From positions 74,464,001 through 74,528,000 of the forward strand of contig OZ076409.1 in NCBI GenBank assembly GCA_964187785.1: a stretch of DNA of 64,000 nucleotides, read 5' to 3'. Position 1 is the first letter of the stretch, and each line of letters opens with the position of its first letter. Of this stretch, positions 54,292 through 64,000 are shown one piece after another. This DNA comes from Amphiscolops sp. MND2022. Its lineage: Eukaryota. The position numbers and the translations under genes were made by a program. A model generated the notes under the pieces. That model saw nothing but the letters and a program-made list of their open reading frames with translations, was not told where the DNA came from and searched no databases.

Positions 54292-55770
54292 CATTCATTC
54301 ACCCGAACTTGATGATGGTTTAAATATTGGTACTAAATAATAATATTGAAATGAATAAATAATTTAAAAATATATTTGAAAACGTATTTAAATGTAAAAG
54401 GTATTCAAAAGTTAGTATACAGACGAACATATTCTAAATATGTACACCACCAAAAAACACTTTTTATGTTTCAGCATGTCCAAGGACTTTTAAAATTGAA
54501 TTTGAATAATTTATTTAGATTATGAGACTTTGCAAAAAAGAAAAGTTTGCAGTACTGAGTTTGTTCATCACTTGATTCAAAAGATGACAAAAATTTGGCG
54601 AAACAGCATTATGTTTTTTGTGTGAAATGATTAAACGCATTTTGACACTCAACTTACTTTCTTGTCCTGTTCTTTTTCAACAGAAGTAGTGAACAAAATT
54701 TTGCATTGATGTAAAGCTTGAAATCTCCCACTTTTGATTTCCTGTTTGATCAGGAAACTTTGAAAACTTATTCTTAAAAATTTTACGTTTCACTGACGAC
54801 TTACATCATTCAACACTATCATCAACCATTTGCTCCGCAACTGTTATTTTAGTTGGAAAACTTGACGTTTGAGAAAGTACATCTGTTTCATTCATTTTTG
54901 ATCTTCTTTAATTTTTCGATGATAGATGATAGCCAACCCCAAGATCTATGAAACGTAACTTTCTATAAAATGCTTCGTTGGGCCAAATAATCATTTCTGC
55001 GTCATCTAGAAAATTATAAAACTGATGCGGCCTATTTCAAACTAAGGGTTCTGTCGTCGAATCCTTGTTTTTTTTAAAAAAAATTAACACTCTTGCAGGT
55101 AATGACGAAAGCGAGTAATGGATAAGTTCGCTGTGGACTTTCACTATATTGTTAAGAGTCAATGCATCATCATCACTTACTAGTAGTGCTTTATTCTTAA
55201 AGTTCCAGTGCTTATTCTTTATACAAGTAGCAGAACTCTGAGTTGCAAAATGGATGTTTTCGGTATTTTTTGCAAACTCACAAAATATAAATTTCTGTGA
55301 GAAATCGATCCGGAATCTATGAATTTACTTCTGAAAGTTGGCATAAAATATTTTATACCAATCATTTTTGTAAAAACGATTAAATATACCACAGTTGAAT
55401 TCACCTAATTGGTATCGCTAAGGATCGAATAAAATAGTACGATTAATTACTTACGAATTTACCGGATATTTCTTTGGTCGTCACATCGGGTCTCAGATAC
55501 ATACGAATTAAACAAAAATCCGAATTATCCGGATACGAATTATTTACCGGAGTTGAGTTTATATTATTTTTCCCAGTAATTCCATGCTATAATAACTGAT
55601 CGTTATGCAGCATTGCGAAGTTGAAAAATAACAATTAGGGCTTAGTTTCGACTTAAGCTTGTTATTTTCCGCCACCACAATTTATTGTTTTATGCGTTTT
55701 TTCCAAATTCTGCCAAATCTCCACAATCTCCATGTCAGTTGCTCTCTGTTAGTTGATATTTGAAATACGA

Positions 55771-55810
55771 TGGCTCAGTTGGTAGTGCACCCGTCTATCA
55801 ATCGGTGTTT
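55771..55810 (+). other. tRNA-like 5' fragment (Pol III A-box), possibly a decayed SINE head
   Basis: TGGCTCAGTTGGTAGTGCAC resembles a tRNA D-arm/A-box; no intact T-arm or acceptor stem. Confidence 0.3.
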
Positions 55811-56680
55811 TGGCCACTAGCACTGTTCAAATAACGCTTTTGAGGGTCCAAGTTTTTTTCTAGTGGTCGCAGAGGCGCCGTATTCACACCACGTAAGCAG
55901 TGCCTCTAGTATTTGATAAAAAAGGTGCAATTTCTATCAAATTTTAGTACAGCGATTTTAAGACTGTGCAATTTTCGTAAAAACAATCCTAGGTACCCTC
56001 AGGCATCATAAAACCACTTGATATCAAGCTAGAGCATAATTCCACAAATCAAAGATCCCATATAACGTGTCAGTGTTTAGTTGGTTCATGGGCACCAATA
56101 AAGTTATTTCTCTAGCCAAGAACAAAGGGTTGAGCAAAAGGTTAGTGTTGGATACTGACTCTAGCACCGTTTAAAAGAGCGCTTTTGAGGGTCCGAACCT
56201 TTTTCTAATTGCCATAGAAGCGTCTAATTGACATCGCGTAAGGTGTGCCCATGTTATTTGACGAAAATGGGTGCATTTTGGACCAACTCCCCGTATAGAG
56301 ATTTTCGGGCGGTGCCAGAAGTTCACTTCGAAGAGCGATTTTCGTGAAAACGTTCTTAGGTGTCCTCAGCCATCATAAAACCACTTGAGATCAATCTAGA
56401 GCACACGTTCACATATCAGAGGTCCGATAGGTTTCGTTAGTGTTCTTTAGTTGGTTATTGGGCACCATTAAAGTTATTTCTCTAGCCAAGAACGATTTAA
56501 GTGTTGAGCAAAAGGTTAGTTTTGGCTACTAGCATCGTTTAAAAGAGCGCTTTTGAGGGTCGGAAATTTTTCGTAGTCGTCGTCAAAGTTCCACCACGCA
56601 AGTTGTACTGAAAGTATTTGACAAGCGGGTATTAGAGAATTTGGACTAACCCCAACCCTAGCGATTTTCTAGCAGCCAAA
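55805..56680 (+). repeat. Diverged tandem repeat, ~345-370 bp period, about 2.5 copies
   Basis: CTAGCA..GTT.AAA...CGCTTTTGAGGGTC at 55817, 56161 and 56529; GGGCACCA.TAAAGTTATTTCTCTAGCCAAGAAC and CATCATAAAACCACTTGA each occur twice. Confidence 0.8.
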
Positions 56681-57102
56681 AAAAACTTTTTTCTAACCCT
56701 AAGACCTTAAAACCCCATTTGTATTTTTAATATTTCTACTTTAGCAGGAATATTATTGTAACCTCAAACTTTCTACTTTTTTTCAGTACATATTTTCGGA
56801 CGATCTGAATAATTCAGATATTTTGTTCGGGAGTGAGTGTGAACGTGAGACTCAAAATTCTCAAGCTGCCGACGACAATTCGTTTCTCGTGCGATAAAAC
56901 GAGCGAGTGGTAATTATGCATTCGTACGCCGAATTCATTGACATGAAGCGAATGAGTATTAATTATTCGTTCGCCGAGAGCTTTGGCCGCAATTTCTTTT
57001 TTAGTGACATTAGCCTTTATAACTATAATGAACATGTATCTATTGGGACACGATTCAAAAGTTTTTGTTCAGTTATCAATAATCAAAAATCAAAACCACT
57101 CT

Positions 57103-57370
57103 AAAAATGCAAGCTACGTAATAATTGGAGACAGCCATTTAAAACGCATTAACCCTAATCAAATCCAAGGTGATGTGACTGTTGTTGCCCGTGATTGGCC
57201 TTCGAGCAAATCGTATTATCGAAAACTTTCTCCAACAATATCCAACTAAAGAGGTCTGCTTCCTCCTCGTCGGTAGGAATGACATAAGTTTTCATCCAAC
57301 CTATAACCTACATCCCAAAGCTGCACAGCAAACTGCTCACCGAATAATCAGTTGTCAAATTTTAATTGAA
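57103..57370 (+). pseudogene. Frameshifted SGNH/GDSL hydrolase-like fragment
   Basis: Frame of 57121 gives YVIIGDSHLKRI (block I GDS). After a +1 shift near 57190 the next frame gives VIGLRA (block II G) and CFLLVGRNDI (block III GxND). No block V DxxH seen. Confidence 0.55.
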
Positions 57371-57562
57371 ATTTTTTTCCGAGCTCGAAAGATTTTAAAT
57401 AGACCTGCACGTATGTTACAGCCGCCTTTAACAGTTTTTTCGTTTGTTATATCATGTTTACGGACATTTTTTGATAATTTGATAACATTTCGGCTGGTTA
57501 ACTTTTCGGCTCTGCGTGTATGAAGCTGCAAAAGTGAAAGGTACGTTTAAACGGCCTTTCAT

Positions 57563-57860
57563 TGGGTTGACCAAACGCCCCAGTAGGTCTGGCACGCGTT
57601 TCGCCACCGCGTTTCCTGAAGCCGCTGAGATAGGTAGGTTGTTTTCAATAAAAGGTAACTCAAAAATTTTTACTTATGGATTGACCAGACGCCCCAGTTG
57701 GTCTGGCACGCTTTTCGGCACCGTGTTTCCTGAAGCCGCTGAGATAGGTAGGTTGTTTTTCATAAACGGTAGCTCACAAAATTTTTTCTTTATGGGTTGA
57801 CCAGACGCCCCAGTTGGTCTGTCACGCTTTTCGGCACCGCGCTTCCTGAAGCCGCTGAGA
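57563..57860 (+). repeat. Three-copy tandem repeat, period 114-116 bp
   Basis: TGG(G/A)TTGACCA.ACGCCCCAGT.GGTCTG...TTCCTGAAGCCGCTGAGA at 57563, 57677 and 57793. Confidence 0.9.
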
Positions 57861-57900
57861 AAGGTGAATTTAAATCCCTTCAACATTCTGCGTTTGAACT

Positions 57901-57980
57901 CCTAGCAAGACCATCTAGCCCTTTTCACGCCATTTCAGCGTTCCAGCATTCCCGCGGGTATAAGATAAATGACTTAGAAT
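57901..57980 (+). other. Solo copy of the array's conserved internal motif F
   Basis: CCTAGCAAGACCATCTAGCCCT...TTTCAGCGTTCCAGCATTCCC...GACTTAGAA is colinear with the array's CCCAGCAAAACCATTTGGCCCT...TTTCAGCGTTCCAGCATTCCC...GACTTAGAA, including a 21-nt exact match. Confidence 0.8.
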
Positions 57981-58015
57981 TTTAGGCATTGTTTTCTAGA
58001 ATGGAGTTAACTTGC

Positions 58016-58352
58016 CTTAGGTTTCCTACGTTTACGATTCTAACGCTTAGGTTTTAGGCTTGCATTTGTTAGGCTTAGGCTTCTCTGGTTTAAGTTTTTA
58101 GGCTTAGGTTTTTTAGGTTAGGTTCATTAGGCTTTGCTTTTTTGGCTTAGATTTTATAGGATTTGGTTTATTACGCTTAGGTTTCTTAGTCTTAAATTTC
58201 TTAGGATTAGGTGTTTCAGTTTAGGTTCTTAGGCTTAGTAGGCTTAGGTGTCTTAGACTTAGGTTTATTAGGCTTAGGTTTCTTAGTCTTAGGTTTTAGG
58301 ATTAGGTTATCTAGGATTTGATTCATTAGGCTTTTGTTTGTTAGGTTTAGGT
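58016..58352 (+). repeat. Degenerate TTAGG(C/T) telomere-like microsatellite
   Basis: Dense TTAGGC/TTAGGT/TTAGGA units with T-rich spacers, e.g. TTAGGCTTAGGTTTCTTAGTCTTAGGTTTTAGGATTAGG. Confidence 0.8.
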
Positions 58353-58964
58353 TTTCTAAATTATGTCTCTGTTTTAAGTTTCAACGGTTAACTAAAATTT
58401 TCCTATTAAAAAAACCTCAAAACTTTTTATTTCTGTATATACAAGGTCAGCAGCTCTTCGTCTTCGAGCCCAGTAGGAACTGCAGCCGGAAAAAAAGATA
58501 TGAACATTTTTAAAACATTTTGCTTTTCTTCAAGTATTTTTGATATCCCATTTGATTACATTCGAATTCAACTTTTCCCAAGATTATTTCAACAATCAGT
58601 TTTCAACTTCTTGTTTGTTCAATAATTCCAAGATACAAGTTACAGTCTTCAAAACCAAGGTTCAAGATCTAAAAAATCAACAAGCAATACGATAACCACT
58701 TGTGTTAATTAAAAACAAGATATCTGAACAGTTGGTACTTTCAAGACTTCAAATGTTGCAAAAAACTCTTTATTGGATTCAAGAAATCAAAATGTAACAC
58801 AAGACGGACTTCTAAACTTCAAATACGAGTTCCTGTTGGCATATACGTCCTGCAAAAATTGCTCAATGTCAAATTTCATATTTACTTCACTCAATAACGT
58901 TTGTTACATATGTTTCCGCAGTTTTATTTAGCTTCATGAATTCCTAGGTATCGCTGTATTTGTA

Positions 58965-59120
58965 ATGTCTGGTGTTTGGTTATGGTTCTGTGTGTGCTTG
59001 TGCGTGCGGTATCAGGTTGTCTGCACGATTTTGTGCGTGTGCTGTGAAGTTGTGTCCTTGTGCTTTTGAGTGTCTTTGTATGGTGCGGCTGTGTGCGTAT
59101 ATGTGTGTGGACGTTTGTTT
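58965..59120 (+). repeat. TG-rich low-complexity tract
   Basis: Degenerate (TG)n, e.g. TGTGTGCTTGTGCGTGCGG...GTGTGCGTATATGTGTGTGG. Confidence 0.6.
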
Positions 59121-61087
59121 GTTTCTAATATCAAATGAAAAAGGATTGTATGTTGTTCAGGTTACCTTTCATTGACGTGAATCAATCGAATCCAGATAAA
59201 ACGAGCTAAGAAGCGCAAAATCAAGGCAAAGACGTGGTCACTTCTTCACCCAGCATTTCGAACAACAAGTGTATATTTCATTGGTTAATTTGAAAGGGTC
59301 CAGTACTTAGAACGTTTTGTTACTATATGTTTTGTTTTGCTTTTGACATGCGCTCTCCTTTGGAAACAAGTTAATCCTTTTAGTATCCGAGGTATGAAAG
59401 TTATATGAGAAATGCCCGATTTGTAAAAATTATAAATCCATCGAACGCAGCGACCTCTGTGATCTCCTAATAGGCCACAATGATGTCATGTTTCATGTTT
59501 GCAAAAATCCAAACCCAAAAACTGCTCTACATAAAGCTGGAAACCAGCAATTGTCAATTGTCTTATATCGATCAATGTCTATAGGTTTTCGAAGCTTGAA
59601 GTTTGAATCTGTAAGCTTTTTTGAAAAATGGAATTGATATATCTTTCTTTAGAAGTTGTGGTCTTCAATTATTCCACAATTTTCCTTGAAGAGCAGCTTT
59701 TTACCTTAAATTTGGCCTCCATGTAGATAAACAGGACAAAGTGCAACCTTGTATACAAAATAATTGAAGACATTTGTAAACTGCCTGAGATGATCTGATC
59801 TTTCAATTTGATTCTTTGCTCCTCAATGATGTAATTTTTTGATTAAATGAAATTAATTTTTTGATTAATTGAACTTGACACATTCTCGTTTATTATACCT
59901 TCTATTATAACGTAGAAAACACCGTTTGTTCGAAAACAGTTTTATTTGAAGTAATCCAATGTCAATTTATTTAGCTGAAACGGTTCAATGAACATTAGTC
60001 ATTGTCTGCACCTAAATTGCGTTTTAATAATTTGTCTCGGGGAATCCCTAGCGTTAACGTTTCAATTGTTTCTCGCTCTCAATTGTGATTCGTGATAACT
60101 TTAATTTTTCACACACTTTTTAACAAGTAAATGATTGAGGTAAAAATCACTTAAACCCTACAATAACAAAACAAGCAGTTAATATAAATTACATTGCTGT
60201 GAAACTGATTTAACAAGAAAAATAACAGTTAATATTTTCAGACTTTCGCATGAACAGAGTCTCATTCCATTTTCAAATTTCAAGAAAATCCATCTCATTC
60301 ATTCAAGAAGGAAGCGACACTTAATAAAATGGGAAACAAAAACGTATGTACCATGCTGTTTTTATTTTCTCCCAATTTAGCAACATTAAAGAATAAGCTT
60401 TTTTAAACTTCAGCGAAAACGGAACAGGTGTGGTGTGTGTCAAACCTTCATTGGTAACAGTTTCGCCTTTTGCAGTATGCATCAACCACGACATGATGAT
60501 GCAGTTAGTGTTTAGAATAATATAAAATAAAACCAATTAAAACCAATAAATTGCTGTTATAATCATCAAACTTGATTTTAAGGCCCACACAGACATCCAT
60601 GAAGCCCCTAGTTGCAAAAGACGTCAATTAGAAAGTAAGTGGATCTATTTAGTAGAAAAAATACATTCTCAAATAGATTTTATAGACACCTGTGTGTCTC
60701 TACTGAGCTATGTAAAAAAGCCATTATCAAACTACATCAGGTCAAATTTCTCCCATTATAAATGAACAAATCGATTGTATTTGGCCGTTCGCTGCTTCCA
60801 GTTTCTTGTCTCAACCGTCTTTTTTGTGATACGCTATCTGTTTCCATGAGTTCTGCCATTGTCCCACGAACCACGTTTCTTTTGTTTAAGGCTCCAATAT
60901 TGCAGGACCATCTTCATCAGTTGTTCTACACACACACCTTCCTCTGTCACCAGAGCAACTTACGATTGACGAACACTTACGCCAAACTGCTAGTGTTGGA
61001 TCTTCCGAACATAATGACCATACTGTCCCGTCTTCATCGACCTTTGAAACTCCAACTAGTAACCCTCACGATGACCACTTCAATTTG

Positions 61088-64000
61088 ATGCACAAGCTGA
61101 AAAATCATTTAGTATCTATGACCGGTGAAACCATGAATACAAACAACACGTCATCCATAGGTCTTTCCTGTGACAAATGTTTGCGGAAGTCAACAGTGTC
61201 CCACGAGATTAGCGTTTGTACTTACAACACCTCTGAACTTCAGATTAAGAACAGAAAGTTTGGTCGAAAACTTCCCTCAACTGATTACATCAACCTTTGT
61301 GCCCCTTGTCTTGAGTACACGACATCTGATTCCACAACGTTCAGAACTGCATGGCCGAGTATTTTGTGCTCCTATTGGGGTAATGAAGACAAAGATGAAG
61401 CCATTATAGAAAAACTAATTTCCTTTCTTCCTTGTACAATTATTGAAATGTTCTGTCATTCAATGGACAAATACAGTCAAGTTTTCAAAAAAGCCATACA
61501 GCACACTAACTTGTTGGTAAAAGACAGAACATCCGACAGAACTCTTCTCCTACAGGCTAAAATTGAACTCAAGGGTGCTGATTTGAAGCGTAATTTTGAC
61601 AAATTTCCTCTTCCCGATGTTATTTGTCCCTGGGGCTGCTGGGATTTTGTGGAAAGATGTCAAACACTGTCGTTCGAATTTTTCCTTGCCAAAATTGATA
61701 AAGATTTTCGCTTTTCGACCAACCAGGAATCGCTGTTAATGGGTGTTACATCCAATTTTCCAGAGGGTTATACTTTGCTGCAACAATTTGAGATTACACC
61801 CGCTGTAATTATAGAAGAAGATGGCCACTTTGCATTTCTTACTTGTTCTAAGCATTCGGGCGAAACTTTGCAATATCTTCATCCCCCCCGAAACCCAATA
61901 CTTAGCAGTGTCTCTCCCAACAAACCAGAGCGACTGGCTCTAACTCAACAGCAACTGAATATAGTTAAAACTGGCAAACCGAAGTTTAACTCTCACTCTA
62001 GTCACCTAATCGAAGAAAGAGGAAGTTTTACCGGCATCAGCAGTAGCACTCTTCAATTCCCCACGTTTCTAGAAAGTTCAACTCCATTGAACGACCTTTC
62101 CGAGTTTGTTATTTCAAAAGGACGTTCCGATGTCTACCCCCTGGTCGATTACTTTTTAGAAAACAATATTGTTGATCAAAATTTTGCTGACTTCTTGTTC
62201 AACAGTACCCTCAATCTCAGCCAAAATGAAATTGCAGCTGCAATTTCTGATTCAACGAATGTGTCTCTTTACGACGCTTTCAAGTTGCAGATGCATTTGA
62301 ATGAGAACCAGAATACTGAAGAACTGGAGATTTCTTTCCCCGTCTACGCACACAATCTCGGAAAAAACTCTGAATATGGATGTGTGCCACCACGTGTTTT
62401 CTCATCTGGAGCCATCGCAATTGTCTTTGAAGGATTAGGTCGTTTTACGGCTTCATTTCTTCCGAGTTTGCTCAAGTCTGATATTGACTCTCTTCGCCAG
62501 CTTTCTCAAAAATTCTGCAATCTTTTGTTTTTGACGGGGTCATCTAGACGTCGGATTCGCGCCGCCAAAGCTAAGGTTTCGATAATTGCTGAAAACATCA
62601 CTGAGCAACTTTCTGACAACTCTTCATCATTGAATAGCTTCTTCGAGTATCTGGTTGCTGGAAATTTAACTGCCTTCAAAGTGCCATCTCGTTCGTTCAC
62701 AAGTCTTCCCCCGACTGCTACAAACTCTGTCGATGGGCCGCTTTTTGTTTTTGCTCCCTCCCGGTCAGAGCGTGATTGTATTATACCACCAGATACTTTG
62801 ACACATAATTCGAAGATTTATCAACTTGTCTTCTTGAGCAAAAAGTTTTGGAATGCTGAATTTTACTGCCGCCATCAAAGAATTAATTCTGCATGGTTCG
62901 AGTCTTTTTCGTGTTTGAATTCGTTTACAGAGACCAGTTTTGGTAACTTCTACGATTTCGCAGCAAAAGGAACTTGGGATGTTGCTGTCTACGAGAAGCA
63001 GGATTCGTCTGATAGCCAAACGATGCTTAGAAGCTTTTTGAAAAGTATCGGGGGTCAGAACAACCTATCATGCGGAAGACACAATTGTCTATTGATTCAA
63101 AGGAATCCATCGGATACATTGACTTGCTTCAACACTTCATGCAGGAAAAAAGCCAAATGGGTATGCCCAAAAGTCGATTGCAATACTGGGGTGTGCAAAC
63201 AACACTCTGAAGACCTGATAAACGGTTCTTCAATGTGTGCGGTTACAAGTAATAAAGAACGAACTGTTCCACTTTTCCCAGAGGAATTTCAAAACCAAAA
63301 TGATAATAGTTTGGACAACGTAGCAAATAATGAACCTAACAGTCTTGAGTTACAACCTGAGTTAGACCTAATTTTTGAACCAGACAACTACTTGACCATG
63401 TCTGTTGACACATCAGATCAGACCCTTCCATTATCGTCCAATTCTGGTGTTCCTTTTGTCTCGTACTTCACTGAAGAAACCCACACGAAACGAGTACCTA
63501 CAAAAGTACTACTCAACAATTACTTGAATGTTCTTCAACGCTCCAAAGTACCTATTTGGACAACCAACGCCCACAAAAACTTTCTGCAGAGCATTGTAAG
63601 CAGAATTCCCAATACTTCTGCCCCACTTTTATACCCAGAAGCTCTCTTGTTCCCCAGTATTTTTTGGAAGCAACAAGAAGATGGCTCCTATGCAGGTGCT
63701 CTTCCATCCTGCCTACTCCAGTCAGACAAACTGAATACCAAACTTGGATTTGCAACTGTTTCGAAACATCTCTGGAACAGACTAACGAATGGGAGCTTGC
63801 TTACATCGAGCAGTATCGGCTATGCAAGTTTTGCTTTTGACATCAAAATGAACCAAGAGCTCAATAGAAGTCATAGCAACTACATTGTGTTCAAAAGAGG
63901 TTTTGAAGATTACTTGGGTGCAGATGAGGCCTTGAAGCTCCCCAATTGTGCCATCAAATGGGATGGACTCGACAGCTCGAAGAGGGTCCAAGAAGTTGCA
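61088..64000 (+). CDS. Large ORF (at least 971 aa, runs off the window); probable N-terminal part of a Helitron-like Rep/PIF1-helicase protein
   Basis: Hand translation is stop-free from 60890 to 64000; first ATG at 61088 (MHKLKNHLVSMTGETMNTN...). Motifs: CDKC...CAPC, AWPS, CPWGC (61625-61639), LTCSKH, YLHPPRNP, a Cys/His cluster at 63071-63205, and LLYPEALLFPSIFW (63626-63667)...GALPS...HLWNRLTN...FAFDIKMN. From memory this order precedes the HUH Rep domain in Helitron-like PIF1-annotated proteins; no search was run. The ORF is solid, the product call less so. A possible splice acceptor TTTCTTTTGTTTAAG ends at 60890. Confidence 0.75.
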   Translation, partial: MHKLKNHLVSMTGETMNTNNTSSIGLSCDKCLRKSTVSHEISVCTYNTSELQIKNRKFGRKLPSTDYINLCAPCLEYTTSDSTTFRTAWPSILCSYWGNEDKDEAIIEKLISFLPCTIIEMFCHSMDKYSQVFKKAIQHTNLLVKDRTSDRTLLLQAKIELKGADLKRNFDKFPLPDVICPWGCWDFVERCQTLSFEFFLAKIDKDFRFSTNQESLLMGVTSNFPEGYTLLQQFEITPAVIIEEDGHFAFLTCSKHSGETLQYLHPPRNPILSSVSPNKPERLALTQQQLNIVKTGKPKFNSHSSHLIEERGSFTGISSSTLQFPTFLESSTPLNDLSEFVISKGRSDVYPLVDYFLENNIVDQNFADFLFNSTLNLSQNEIAAAISDSTNVSLYDAFKLQMHLNENQNTEELEISFPVYAHNLGKNSEYGCVPPRVFSSGAIAIVFEGLGRFTASFLPSLLKSDIDSLRQLSQKFCNLLFLTGSSRRRIRAAKAKVSIIAENITEQLSDNSSSLNSFFEYLVAGNLTAFKVPSRSFTSLPPTATNSVDGPLFVFAPSRSERDCIIPPDTLTHNSKIYQLVFLSKKFWNAEFYCRHQRINSAWFESFSCLNSFTETSFGNFYDFAAKGTWDVAVYEKQDSSDSQTMLRSFLKSIGGQNNLSCGRHNCLLIQRNPSDTLTCFNTSCRKKAKWVCPKVDCNTGVCKQHSEDLINGSSMCAVTSNKERTVPLFPEEFQNQNDNSLDNVANNEPNSLELQPELDLIFEPDNYLTMSVDTSDQTLPLSSNSGVPFVSYFTEETHTKRVPTKVLLNNYLNVLQRSKVPIWTTNAHKNFLQSIVSRIPNTSAPLLYPEALLFPSIFWKQQEDGSYAGALPSCLLQSDKLNTKLGFATVSKHLWNRLTNGSLLTSSSIGYASFAFDIKMNQELNRSHSNYIVFKRGFEDYLGADEALKLPNCAIKWDGLDSSKRVQEVA

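Noticed and set aside
55771..55840. Functional tRNA gene
   Set aside because: Only an A-box/D-arm-like piece; no cloverleaf closure.
58016..58352. True chromosome end
   Set aside because: The tract is short, degenerate and internal, with unique sequence on both sides.
61170..63991. Short ORFs listed at 61170, 62506, 62765, 63552, 63556 and 63782
   Set aside because: Alternative-frame or antisense shadows of the long ORF starting at 61088.

Overview
Eukaryotic-looking, essentially non-genic DNA in two parts. (1) Bases 1-52103 are a head-to-tail array of 38 non-coding units (36 complete, 1.07-2.18 kb, most 1.26-1.32 kb). It is not a simple satellite. Several distinct unit families are interleaved in changing order, yet all 37 junctions read CTRG|GTG (35 CTAG, 2 CTGG). 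Units share a fixed-geometry scaffold: a GGGWGGG box and GATCTC motif about 105-110 bp after the junction, a ~44-nt subterminal hairpin (three unrelated sequence versions), and a GGGCATGCC-GA-GGCATGCCC hairpin 40-50 nt before the terminal CTRG. The many short ORFs listed over the array are repeat artefacts. (2) Bases 52104-64000 are mostly unique. They hold small tandem and inverted repeats, a frameshifted SGNH/GDSL-like remnant, a lone copy of one array motif, a degenerate TTAGG(C/T) tract, and an uninterrupted + strand ORF of at least 971 codons (61088 to beyond 64000) that the ORF track omits. Its motifs resemble, from memory, the N-terminal part of Helitron-like Rep/PIF1-helicase proteins; the catalytic domains are not in the window. 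Working hypothesis (inference): a site-specific cassette array of non-autonomous rolling-circle elements next to a candidate mobilising enzyme.
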